Notes under the pieces: model-generated
The model's input: only the letters and a program-made list of their open reading frames with translations
Databases searched by the model: none
Told to the model about the DNA's origin: nothing
Part shown: positions 38,339 to 50,735 of the stretch, in pieces
Layout of the letters: each line of letters starts with the position of its first letter
How positions within the stretch are numbered: position 1 is the stretch's first letter
Program-made: the position numbers and the translations under genes
Assembly: GCF_018977255.1 (NCBI RefSeq)
Contig: NW_024704742.1
Location: forward strand, 72,790,001-72,854,000
Origin: Callorhinchus milii
Lineage: Eukaryota
Length of the DNA stretch: 64,000 nucleotides
Reading direction: 5' to 3'

Positions 38339-38769
38339 GTTAATTCACCAGCGCTTTGGGACATCCTCCCGAGGTGAAAGGCGCTCTATAAGTGTAATTT
38401 TGTTGTTGTTGTTAATTCGCCCATAAGATACTGACAGCCACATCGCTTTACAGTGTATCCTGCGATGTGCTTTGAGAAGTCTCAACAACTGAAAAGGAGT
38501 TATATCAAATGCAAGTATTATTACTTCATTCAACACAGACTGCTTAATCAGGGATCTCATGTGAGAGCCTTTGATAAATAGGCATGAAGCCGACTTTGTC
38601 TCCAGTGACAGGTCAGTGAGCCAGAGCCCACTCTCTCTGCAGCAGCTTTCTATGGTTACCACAAATTCTACTCAATGATTGGTCCTGGACTTTGCAAATA
38701 GTTTAAAGAAAACCTCTCCACTGCTTCCCCGGATGTTTGAAACCAAAATAAACTGTTTGGACACACAAG

Positions 38770-39150
38770 TCTCACCTCTGGGTCAGAAGGTTGTGAGTTC
38801 AGAGCCTCACGTCAGTACCAGGCTAACATGACTGCAGTGTAATGGGAGCTTTATGTTGTTGGACATGGCAGCCTTTGGAATGAGATGTCAAGCCCAGGTC
38901 CTTTCCAACTGTCCTCAGGTAGTCATTAAAAATACCAAATTGCGATTCAAAAAAAGTTGTGAGTTTTGCCCAATATCCTGATCAACAGCCACCCAGTAAA
39001 AAATGTTCATTGACTTCATGGTTGTTGATCAGTCACAGCAGAGTGAAAAAACATCTACTGTGTTTGTCTACAAGGAGAGTCACTACACTCATCAGTAATT
39101 ACCTGTGAAGTGCTTTGAGACTTTTCGATATGATAAAGAATTATAATTCA
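38770..39150 (+). mobile_element. Old DeuSINE
   Basis: cctctgggtcagaaggttgtgagttc, gaatgagatgtcaagcc, gtgaagtgctttgagac. Confidence 0.65.
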
Positions 39151-39317
39151 ATGTCTCTTTGAAATTCCGCTTGGCTCTAGAGAATTGGGGTTATATTATT
39201 ACACACTGCTGGACTCGGTAACTATTTTTATTTAATTGTGAAATTCAAGTAATTATATTATACTACATTAATATAGTATAATAATTATCATAATAATAAC
39301 TTGGACACCCAATCCAT

Positions 39318-39473
39318 GGCTGTTTATGGGACACTGCTGTGCGCAATTGGCTGCCGCAATTCGCCCACAAAATATACAGTCAATTCACTTTATAATATAT
39401 TCTGTGAAGGCTTTGAGACAAATCGATGACGTGATAAAACGCTATATCAATTGCAAAGATTATTATCATTATT
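39318..39473 (+). mobile_element. 5'-truncated tRNA-Ala-family SINE (Deu core plus tail)
   Basis: gggacactgctgtgcgcaattggctgccgc...aaaacgctatatcaattgcaa. Confidence 0.8.
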
Positions 39474-39894
39474 TCAAGTCAACACCCCTGAAATGTCTGA
39501 AGCCCTTGTTGATTTAACAAAAGTAAATCAAAGAGAAAGACAGAAATGGACTGGCAAAGCTATAGCACGTCAAACGAATTCCCGTTTGTGTATCTTGGAA
39601 AGCGAGACTCCCTTGAAACCATCTTTCCTGTTTTCTCTGCATTACAATTGTTACTGTGACGTACAATTATCACAATGGGGGAAATAGATTATCATGGGTT
39701 TTACAAGTGACAATATATCTGTTTTTGCAGCACTCTGACTATCTAATAAGTATAATTAGACCCGTCTTTGTATTCCTTGCTGTTTCGGGTCTGGGCTCTG
39801 TATAATTTAATCCTTTCTTGGCAGATTAGTTGGCAATGACTTTGGGCAGCAATTGCCCGGTTGCACTTGATATTTAATACTGGAGGACGCTCTC

Positions 39895-40470
39895 TGTTAC
39901 ATTTCTAGAGGGCCTTTCACGTCGGGAGGACGTCCCAAAGCGCTGAACAGTCTGCTGTCGGGGCCCGAGCATGGGGGAGGGATGGTGTAGGGTGAGGGAT
40001 GGCAGAGAGGTGGGAGGGAGACCAAAGGAACGGTTGAAGAGAAGGGTCTTGAGACCGGCCTTGAAGGAGGCAACGGAGGAAGCGAGGTGAAGGGACCGTG
40101 GGATGGAGTTCCAGAGTGTGGGGGCAGAGAGGCTGGAAGCCCGGCCACTGATGGTAGGGCGGGTCGGGCGGGAGACATGGAGCAGGCCAGAGCCCGCTGA
40201 ATGGAGGGAGCGGGCAGGTTGGTAGGGAGTCAGCAGGTCAGAGAGGTAGGAGGGGGCAAAGCCATGGATGGCCTTCAAGGTGAGGACGAGGATCTTGAAC
40301 TCAATCCTCTGTGGGATGGGGAGCCAGTGGAGTCGGGCGAGGGTGGGAGTGATGGGGTCACGGAGCCTGGTGTGCGAGAGTACATGAGCTGCAGAGTTTT
40401 GGATGATATGCAGCTTGTGAAGGGAAGAGTTGGGAAGGCCGATGAGAAGGGAGTTCCCATAATCCAGCCT
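39895..40470 (-). mobile_element. L2 3' fragment with tail
   Basis: KAIHGFAPSYLSDLL and LWNSIP..FKAGLKTLLF peptides. Tail cctttcacgtcgggaggacgtcccaaagcgc. Confidence 0.9.
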
Positions 40471-41022
40471 TACAACAGATGTAAAGAGAATATTCTAACA
40501 TATTCAACAACAATTTCAACAACAACTTGGCTTTATATAGCACCCCTCACACAGGGTAGCATGACAGAGCACTCATTTCAGGCACTCAGTTTTTAAAAAA
40601 AGGTATCTTGTAATAACTGATACTTTATGCTCGCTCCAACATACCTGAGGATTTAGGTGAGATTGAGATTTGAGGTTATCCAGAAACAATAAGAATGAGT
40701 CATGAGGGCCAAGTCAGAGCTACGGAAACAGAGAATAAATACGAGTGACAGTCACTAAACAAAAAGGATGCGTAAAAGAGTAGGACGGAGTTCACTCTTG
40801 CTGTGCACATCAGAGATATAGGCTATGGATTAAATAAAATTCAAGAAGATTTAATTAAGACTAGTGATTAAAAAGGATTCTATTAATATAATGAATATAT
40901 GCACTAGACTCCCATTGAAAGGAGATACTTCATGCTGTTAAGTTAATGCTGCTTTAGTCATTGAATAAAAAAAAGTAAAATGACCCAACATATGGTTAAG
41001 AATGGAATTGAAGATTAAGGAT

Positions 41023-41320
41023 TACAATAATCCTTATGTTTGAGAAAGAGGTTTTCACATAAGGAGGATGGCTCAAAGTGCTTCACAAGATATACCATAA
41101 AGTGTACATATTGTAGGCGAAGCATGGCAGCCAATTTGTGCACAGAAATGTCCCCAGATAACCATGAAATGAATGATCAATTTTATTTGTTGACTAGGAG
41201 AATAGGAGAAACTCCTCCCTTTTTGAATAATGCCATGGGATCTTTAACATCTACCTGAACAGGTATATGGAGCCTCAGTTTAACATCTCATCCAAAGGAC
41301 GGTACCTTTGACAATGCAGG
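41023..41320 (-). mobile_element. Old DeuSINE 3' part
   Basis: ggcagccaatttgtgcacag and atgccatgggatctttaacatctacctgaacagg. Confidence 0.72.
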
Positions 41321-42227
41321 ACACCAAACGTATACCAAACGTATGCATTTAGGATCCACCTCAAGACGTACCTCTTTTGGTCATTTTTTCTCTCCCCACC
41401 GGCCTCAGCTCCCACCCCCAGTTTATACTGTTAATCACTTTAGAACATCCTCTCAATGTGGAAGGGGCTGTATAAATGTAAATTTATACTGTTTTGGAGC
41501 ATCAGAGAAGGCAGAACATTTCCTTCAGTCTAGATATGTAGTCCTGGCAACTTTCAATCCATTGGCATGGAATCTGTGGGTGTTTTTGGCCAAGTTTGCT
41601 TATTTTAAATGATAGCATTGTAGCACGTGACTGATGTTCTGTTTAGTTATCTGAGCATCTGGGAGGACTTTCACAGTATATTCTACCCTTGTTTTTACTT
41701 GGGAGTCAGTCACCTCTTTCAATTGAAATAATAACCTTGCATTTGATATGGTTGATATGACGCCTTTCACATTGAGAGGACATTTCAAAGAGATGTACTG
41801 TAAGGTATAGTGATTGTGTATTTCATAGGTAAAAATTAACATTGTTCCAGAAATCCAGTACAAAATCTAATTCCTTCAAGAAGTACCTACTATAAAGATT
41901 GGAGGTTTGATGTGCTAAACAAGAAGCTTTTATGCTTCTCCTTGTGAAACTCTTGTTTCTATGGTTCTATAATCTTACCCAGTAGGGACCTTTCACTGAG
42001 TTAAGGCGATTATATTGGTTATGCAAACGAGACAAACGATTTTTTAAATGCAGATTTGGTTTGAAGATTTGCCTTAAGAGAACACGTTGAGTTTGCCTTC
42101 ATGTGAACAAGGATTATTTGTAAAGAAAACAAAACTCTCATTCTCTTGGGTTTATTTAACTTTAGTGTAAAAAATGGCGGTAGATCAGTGAGAAGGGTGT
42201 GTAGGATCTCTTCAGTTCCCTTTCCCT

Positions 42228-42362
42228 ACCACACACACACGCACACACACGCATGCACGTGCACACACACGCACACACATGCAAACACATGGATGCACAT
42301 GCACCCATATACACACAAATGCTAGCATATGCACACATGCATGCACGTGAACACAGACATAT
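42228..42362. repeat. Degenerate (CA/CG/TG)n microsatellite
   Basis: acacacacacgcacacacacgcatgcacgtgcacac... Confidence 0.9.
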
Positions 42363-42364
42363 GC

Positions 42365-42560
42365 AAACAAAAACAGAAGTTGCTGGGAACACTCAGCAGG
42401 TCAGGCAGTATCTATGGAGAAAGGAAAGTGAGTCAACATTTTGGGTCCATGACCCTTCATCAGAACCTCTCTCCATATGATGCCTGACCTGCTGAGTGTT
42501 CCCAGCGACTTCTGTTATTGTTTTCAGATTTCCAGGATCTGCAGTATTTTGTGTTTTTTT
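42365..42560. repeat. Palindromic Penelope-like terminal-repeat remnant (long hairpin)
   Basis: Arms 42365-42420 and 42470-42523 are near-perfect reverse complements, followed by cagatttccagg...ctgcagtattttg. Short pieces of the same repeat lie at ~14290-14320 and ~63300-63335. Confidence 0.7.
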
Positions 42561-45500
42561 TACAGCCAAATGCAATTCGGACTGCCAGCCCGTTTAAAGT
42601 CTCCATGGGCTATAAATGGTTTAATTAATTCACTAACGGCTGAGAAAGCTTTTACATGAATAAAGATATTCAAATCAGTTCAGATTTAGTATTGTTACAT
42701 TAAAGTTAAACTCTTGAAATAAAATGAAAAGTCAACAATTAATACCTCACATACATTTGTCATAGAATCCCCTTTCTCCTCCACTTCTCCTTTATTACTT
42801 TTCTGACTCATTTCTTTTAACAAGAGTTTGACTCATTTTCTTCTTACAGGCTAAAGCAATAACCTCAACTTTTGAAATGGGTAGAAGAAAGATGAAATTG
42901 TTTTTCTTTTTTGGTCAACCAGGTGTCTAACCCACATAGAAACCACTTAAACATGGCGAAAGGTTTGGCAAAGATCAGGCACTCATCTGACCAAAACCCA
43001 CACACAACCAACCATATTACAGATTTATTCTTACTATACTTTCCTAAAAGAATTACCCCAACATGTTCATTACTCCTACATTACTCTATTCTACCAGCTT
43101 CACTGACTGAACTTAAAACCAACTTGCTTTCTGCAGTGTCAACCTGGCTATTACTACAATGTAATTCATATTAGGTGAGGGAGATTATGATGCCTGAATT
43201 AAGAATTAAAATGCCAAAAGGATTTTGAGAAAATAAAGGACAATGAAAGAGAAGGAAAAAGAAAATCAGGAAACAGGATTCATTTTGGTCAAAGGATGTA
43301 AGCACGTGGAAAAGGTTGACAATAAAGGTGATGAGACAAACCAAGTACAAGAGGACTTCAAACTAGGACAGTTCTTGTCAACTCAAACAAGTCAGCTTGA
43401 TTTGATTTAGAGATAGCTACACCTTGTGGGGATTTGAATGGTCAGAACGGTGAAATTATTCATATGAGAGCTCCCGTTATTGCATTTACATGAAACAGCA
43501 ATTGTGTCAACTATCGTAAGCAGATTGAAATCAATCTGAACAGATTACAATTGGCAATTCTATTCGGCTTTGATTCACAAAGGTGCATGTGGTGACACTA
43601 CCCGGTGTGAAGGGTGCTATATTAATATATTAAATTAGTGTTCTTTGCCAGCTCTAGTAGATTTTATACCCTGCGTTTATAATGGAAATCCTATCAATAC
43701 AGCATGCAAAATTCACTAGAGAACATAAGAACATAAGAATTAGGAGCAGGAGTAGGTAATTCGGCCCCTCGAGCCTGCCCCGTCATTCGATAAGATCATG
43801 GCTGATCTTCAGACCTAACTCTAATTACCTGCCCTATCCCCATATCCCCTAATCCCTCTATTTTTAAAAAATCTATCAGTCTCAGCCTTGAAGATGTTCA
43901 AGGACTGAGCATCTACAGCCTTCTGGTGTAGTGAATTCCATAAATTCACGACCCTCTGAGTGAAGAAATGTTTCCTCAACTCTGTTCTAAAAGGCTGACC
44001 CTTAATTTTAAGACTGTGACCCCTGGTTATAGATTCTCCATCCAGGGGAAACAGTCCCTCTGTGTCTACTTTATCCAGCACTTTAAGAATCTTATATGTT
44101 TCAATAAGATCTCCCCTAATTCTTCTGTCCTCTAGAGGATATAGCCCTAGTTTATTCAGCCTATCCTCATGGGTCAGTCCCCTCATCCCAGGAACTAACC
44201 GAGTGAATCTACGCTGCACCCCCTCTAGGGCAAGTATGTCCTTTTTTAAATAAGGAGACCAAAACTGCACACAATACTCCAGGTGCGGTCTCACCAAGGC
44301 CCTATACAGTTGCAGCAAGACTTCCCTACTCTTGTACTCTAAACCTTTTGCAATGAACGCTAACATGCCGTTCGCCTTCTTAGTTGCTTGCTGCACCTGC
44401 AAACTAACTTTTTGAGACTGGTGTACAAGGACACCCAAATCCCTCTGAACACTAACACTATCTAATCTCTCCCCCTCTAGAAAATAATCTGTTTTTCTAT
44501 TTTTTCTACCTAGGTGAATAACTTCACACTTCCCCACATTAAATTCCATCTGCCACCTACTCGCCCACTCCCCAAGCCTATCTATATCCCATTGCAATCT
44601 TTTTGCATCATCCTCAGAGCTTACTCTCCCACCTAGTTTAGTGTCATCCGCGAATTTAGATACGTTACATTCAATGTCCTCGTCTAGATCATTGATGTAA
44701 ATTGTAAATAGCTGAGGCCCAAGCACTGATCCTTGTGGCACTCCACTAGTCACATCCTGCCAATTCGAGAATGACCCGTTTATCCCTACTCTCTGTTTTC
44801 TACCCGTTAGCCACTCTTCAATCCATGCTAATATGTTCCCATTAATCCCGTGGGCCTTAACCTTGTGCAATAGCCTTTTGTGTGGCACTTTGTCAAATGC
44901 CTTTTTAAAATCTAAATATACTACATCTACTGGTTCCCCCCTATCTAACCTGCTAGATACATCTTCAAAAAACTCTAAAAGATTAGTTAAGCATGACTTC
45001 CCTTTTGTAAAGCCATGTTGACTCTGCCTAAACTTGTTATGGTCTTCCAGGAATCCCAAACGACATTTTAATTAAGGACTCAAGAATTTTCCTACCACTG
45101 ATGTCAGACTAACTGGTCTACAGTTCCCCATCTTTTCTCTCCCACCCTTCTTAAATAGTGGTGTTACGTTTGCAATCTTCCAATCAATGGGAACCGTTCC
45201 AGAATCCAGAGAATTTTGGAAGATCAAAGACAAGCCATCCACTATCTCAGTAGCCACCTCTTTTAAAACCCTAGGATGTAGGCCATCAGGTCCAGGAGAT
45301 TTATCAGTTTTAAGACCTGACAATTTACCTAAAACCATTTCTTTACTAATATTAATTCCCCAAGTTGCTCGCTAACATTGTCTTCTTGGTTCCCCTCTAT
45401 TCTTGGTAGGTTTTCAGTGTCTTCTAAGGTGAAGACAGTAGCAAAGTACTTGGTTAATGACTCTGCCATGTCTTTGTCCCCTACTGTAATTCCCCCCGTC

Positions 45501-46383
45501 TCTGCCTGTAGCGGACCCACATTTACCTTTGACAACCTCTTCCTCTTCATATATTTATAAAAACTCTTGCAGTCTGTGTTTATGTTCTTCACTAGTTTGC
45601 CCTAATATTCCATTTTCTCCCCCTTAATTACTTTTTTGGTTCTCCTTTGTTGATCCCTAAAGTTCTCCCAATCCTCGGGTTTACTACTCATCTTAGCTGT
45701 TTTATAGGCTTCTTCCTTTAACGTTACACTTTCCCTAACTGCTCTAGTTAGCCACGGTTGGGCCACCTTTCCCGTGGCATTCTTATTCCTCAAAGGAATA
45801 CGTGCTCGCTGGGAGTTTTGCATTATCTCCTTAAACGTCTGCCACTGCTGGTCTACTGTCAAATCCTTAAGTCTAATTTCCCAGTATATTTTGACTAAAT
45901 CCTCTCTCATACCAGCAAAATTGGCTCTACCCATACTGACTCTACTTCCTGTTTTTCTGAATTAAAATCTTTCCTCTCTACTGTTTTTATCCGATCCTTT
46001 ATTAGCAGGGCCACCCCCCCTCCTCATTTGCCACATTGTCTATCTTTTCTGTACGCCACATACCCTAGAATATTTAGCTCCCACCCTTGATCTCCCTGTA
46101 ACATGTCTCAGTGATGGCTACAGATCATACCCGTTTGTTTCTATTTGTGCATTTAACTCATCTATCTTGTTTCAAATGCTTCACGCATTCAGATAAAATT
46201 CCTTTAATTCTGACTTCGAGCTATTCGTCCTGTTCACCAGTACCCTATCCCTGGGCTTCTTTTCACCGCTTGACACACTTTGCTCATCTCCCTGGTTAAT
46301 CTGCTCTCCCACTTTTATCGGTCCTAATTTTAATTGTGACGGATTACATGTGATTGAATTTACGCCCCCCCCCCCCGCCCCCC

Positions 46384-47329
46384 TTAGTAGCTTAAAGACC
46401 TGTTTACCTCCCTATTTATTTGTGTTGCCAGGACATTTGTTCCAGCCCTGTTTAGGTGGAGTCCATTCCTTTGAAGTAGCTCCTATCTTCCCCAATACTG
46501 GTGCCAGTGGCCTATAAAGTGAAACCCCTGCCCCACCATTCTTTTAGCCAGGTATTTAGTTCTTTAATTTTTTTTGCCTGTACCAATTTGCCCCTGGCTC
46601 AGGTAATAATCCCGATATTAATACCTTCAAAGTTCTACTCTTTAGCTTAACTCCCAATTCCCGGAACTTGCTCATCAACTCATCCCTACCTGTCCTACCT
46701 ACATCATTGGTCCCTATGTGAATCACAACTGTTGGATCCACTCCCTCTTGCTTCAAATTTTTCTCCAGCCCAGAAGTGACGTCCTTCACCCTGGCCCCAG
46801 GAAGGCAACAGAGTCTTCTTGTCTCCCTGCCACGGCTGCAGAAAAGTGCGTCAGTCTTCCTGAATGTCTCATCCCCAATTACCACTATATTCCTTCTGAC
46901 TATTCCCAGTGTGGCCTCCTGTAGAGAGGTGTTGGGGTAAGTTTGCCCACCTTCCTCACAGACTTCCTTGTCCACACAGGTTGCAAGCATTTCATACCTT
47001 TTGGACAAGGTCAAAGCCTGGGGTTCCTCTGCCCCTCTCTTTCGGGTCCTCTTACGCGCCTGTCTGTCTGTCACCTAGTCCTGTCCGTGGCTGGCAACAG
47101 AATGTTCCCTGGGACTCTTGGGAGTGTCTGGCTCCAGGATGAAACTATCCAGGAAGCTCTCCCCATTTCTAATGCTGCACAGTGTCTCCACCTGAGATTC
47201 CAGCTCAGCTATTCTAAGCTGGGGCTTCCTCAGTTGCAGATATTTGCTGCAGATGAAGTTGCCTGGACTCAGGTTGCCCTCCATCAACTCCCACGTACCA
47301 CATTCCTCACACATCACCTGCCAGGTCAT
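46384..47329 (-). pseudogene. CR1 ORF1 (Cys-rich/coiled-coil N-terminus plus SGNH esterase-like domain), disrupted
   Basis: CEECG..ICSK..LRIAELESQVETL, then VVIGDE, CCLPGARVKDV, VVIHIGTND and, after a frameshift, NGLHLNRAG. Internal stop at 47075. Confidence 0.85.
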
Positions 47330-47419
47330 TCTCTCCTCTCACTCTCTTTATCCCTATATTATTGTCGTTTAGAAGATATACTTCCCCCTCTACACCTAAT
47401 TCCCACTCAAACCCAATTT

Positions 47420-47733
47420 GGAGTCCTGTAGCTCAGCGGTTAGAGCACTTTGCAAGCGAGAGACCTGAGTTCAATTCCAGGCAGGGCGAAACCTTGGGCA
47501 AGTTTCCTTACTCCACACAGAGCCTAATAATAATCCCTCCAAAACCCAAAACAATAATAAATTGGTCATTTTCAATCTACGACTTTTGTGGGACATTGCT
47601 GTGCGCAATTGGCTGCCGGTTCGCCCACAAATATACAGTCAATTCACTTTACAGTGTGTTCTGTGAAGCGCTGTGGGACGTCCTCCCGACGTGAAAAGCG
47701 CTATATCAAATGCAAGGATTATTATTATTATTA
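47420..47733 (+). mobile_element. Young tRNA-Ala SINE inserted in the CR1 copy B 5' region
   Basis: Full-length copy with a short deletion in the anticodon stem (agcac-tttgcaag). Confidence 0.92.
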
Positions 47734-49689
47734 ATTCCTTCTCACTCTGGCCTCGCCTCACTCCGGACGTAGCTCACTCTGGGCTCTCTGCTTGAGCTAG
47801 CAAAGGACACATCAAAACTGCTATTCAAAGAAAATCCAAGTAAAACATGTAGTGAAAAGATATTGCTGTGCTATAGACAAAGTATTAGAATTATATTATA
47901 TGGCTGAATATAATATTATATAATATTATATGGCTTCATATATGGCTAAAGTCTTCTGTAAATGTAAATTTACTGGCTAGTTTAAAAATAAATGTATTGT
48001 ATGTCAGACGCGAGTCAGAAACTCACATAGATTTAATTTAATTGACAGTTGGATAGTAAAATTTGACAATGAAACTCGTCATACATACTTGGGATTTCGG
48101 AAAGGACAATATGGATTCTTCTGAAAATCTCCATGTCCTAGATGGTGCAAAGCCTCTATTGTAGTTTGCGCTCCTGCTTTGTGCTGGAGCTTTTCTCTTC
48201 CTTGGATCTTCCTTTTACTAACCCATACTCCTCTCTAATCATAGTACTCTGTCTGCTCTTTCAATCCAAATACTTGTTATTGAACTCTCTGGTCCCAAAC
48301 AGGAGATCAGACTCAGAATCAAGCTTGCCTTCAGCAACGTGAAGCTGGTATAACTGGCGTTACCATATACGATAACAACAACTTGCATTTACAAAGCATC
48401 TTTCACAAGGGATAGCTTCTCAGAGCCCTTAACCTATAGGTTAAACATCATTCTAAATTATTCTGGATGATATCAGACTAAGGAGTTATAATGCAAATGC
48501 AAGGATTATTACTATATTTTAAGGTAATGTTTGTAAAACAAACCACATGGCGGATTGCTCACATTTTAAAATGTTACACCAGATTAACCTTTAACCCGCT
48601 AAAATACAGGTGTTTTGGATACATCAACATAGCTGAGAAACCAGCAGTAATTGTTTCCCTGGAAATTCGGCTTTCCACTACTCACTGAGCACACGTGTCA
48701 TGCTGGAGATTCTGGGTCAGTAAAGTAGAATATAGGTCAGTCTGTTCTCGTGAATGCAGTCAACCAGAATAGTTAGTCTGGAAAATGTCTCATTATATGT
48801 TTTAATAAGTGTCTGACCATACTACCCAGGACTAGCACAGGTTATACGCAGGAGTCTCATGTGTTTCAGAGTGCATCTTAAATAGGATTGATTCCCCCAC
48901 TGAGTGTTGGCTTGTTTTAACTGCACTATTTAACTTGAAATTCACAGTCACTACACTTTACAGGAAATCCTGTGAAGCACTTAGAGATGTTTTTGTTGTG
49001 ATGTGATAAGACACTGTATTAAATGCAAGGATATTCTTTGGTTCTATTGTTCATAATAATTTCCCACCCCATTCCAATGGCACGGACTCCTAAACAGATA
49101 CGATTTCATGGTCCTCCTCCAGGAATGGAAATGCAGCAACCATGGGGGGGGGGGGGGGGGTGTGGTGAGATGATGAGAATAGAAGGAAAAAAAGGAGACA
49201 GAAAGCACACAACCACATTTCATCTCATTCTACTTGAAATACGCTCAACTGGATAGAGATGGATGCATGTCTGCCTCCATGTAAATGCAGAAGGAATGAT
49301 TCTCTTTGTGCACTCCACGCAGGGAATTTGTTCATGTGGATTTGTGAACTCCAGTTGTTTTCTTCCGCTCCCTGGCCTAAGGGATGCTAAGACCTGTGCT
49401 GTGTTCCTGTCTTCAGTTCAACACAGAGAGGGGAAAACCTTAATAACTGTATGGCTCATTCGCCAGCAAACATTCCGACTGAGCCAACAGGAGAACTAAG
49501 CTCCTTGTAATAACAGAATTGCTGAGCTGTGGTCCAGAGGTTCAAACTTCTTTAAATCAGCAAAATATAAAAAGAATGACAGTATAAGGAGATGACAGGG
49601 GATGGCAGATATGCATAATTTCTTTGCGGTCTTCTCACAAACATGATCTTCTGTATTTGTGCTTTATCCCAAAAGGTCTACTGGCAAAC

Positions 49690-50735
49690 AATAACAACAA
49701 ATTTCTCTGTGTATAGCACCTTTCACATTGGGAAGAAGTCCCAAGGCACTGGAGAAACCAGGGTTGGCACCCAACCTGGGGGTGAGAAAGATGGTTGGAA
49801 GTGCAATCGAAGAGAAATGTCTTCAGACAGATCTTGAAGGAGGCAGCGAAGGAGTGAGTTGTAGAGATTCCAGGATGGAGTTTCAGAGAGTGGGGGCAGA
49901 CTGAAAGCCCGACAGCTGATGGTGGGGCTGGTAGGGCGGAGGATGTAAAGTAGAACCATGCCCATTGAGTGGAGGAAGCTACCAGATTAGTAGGGTTCGA
50001 GGAGGTCACAAAGGTAGGGTGGGGTGAGACCACGGAGGGAATTAAAAGTTAGAAGGATCATGAACTCATCTGCTGGGAGTTAGGGAGCCTATGGAGCAGA
50101 GAGATAAAGGGCATGATAGGCTCACAGAGCCTAAAGTGGGTGAGGGCATAAGCTACAGAATTCTGGATGGTCTGCAGCTTGAGAAGGGCTGAGGCAAGTA
50201 GTCCGGGGAGTAGAGAGTTGGTATAATCGGAACTGGATGTGATGAATCTATGGATTAGAGTTCGGCCGGTCCCTGGGGCGAGGTAGAGACAGAAGAGGTC
50301 ACGTTATGGAGATGGGGAAAACCGAGAGGTTCAGAGAATGGATGCGAGCTGAACAAGACATTGAGGTTCCTCGCTGGCTCCACACGGTGGAATGTGCATC
50401 CACGTAGGTTGATGCTGTCAATGCCTGAAATGAGAAAGTGCTGATGGGAGCCAAGCAGGACCCTCTGTCTTGTTGACATTCAACTGGAAAGAGTTAGCTC
50501 TCTTCCAGGACTTGATATCCAACAGGCAATTGGTCAGAACTGCAGTGGCCCTGATTCAAAAGTAAAGGCAGGGAGATGCAGTTGGCCATCATTCATTTAC
50601 ATGTGGAACTTGCCCCCATGCCTATGAATGATATCACCGAGTAGGAGCATGTAGATATTGAAAGTGAGAGGACCAAGGATAGAGCCCTGAGGAACGCTGT
50701 ATTGACAATATGGGGTAGGAGGAGAAGCCATCATC
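49690..50735 (-). mobile_element. Degenerate L2 3' fragment
   Basis: Tail acaacaaatttc...cctttcac, FKICLKTFLFD, and gaccaaggatagagccctgaggaac (VPQGSILG). Confidence 0.78.

Larger units (their letters stand above)
43720..47795 (-). mobile_element. Young CR1 LINE copy B, near full length (5' UTR, ORF1, ORF2, 3' tail); internal deletion and SINE insertion
   Basis: RT ORF 43821-45059 with FADD is uninterrupted. (aacataag)n tail at 43720. APE region LNA...ITET recognisable. Probable 5' UTR continues after the SINE to ~47795 (end uncertain). Confidence 0.93.

Noticed and set aside
42850..42880. Possible extra exon after a strong polypyrimidine tract (ttcttacag)
   Set aside because: Weak donor (gtagaa), a 31-nt length that would break the frame, no family similarity, and exons C and D already join in frame.
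47888..47948. AT-rich quasi-palindrome (tatataattatata)
   Set aside because: Low-complexity slippage sequence.
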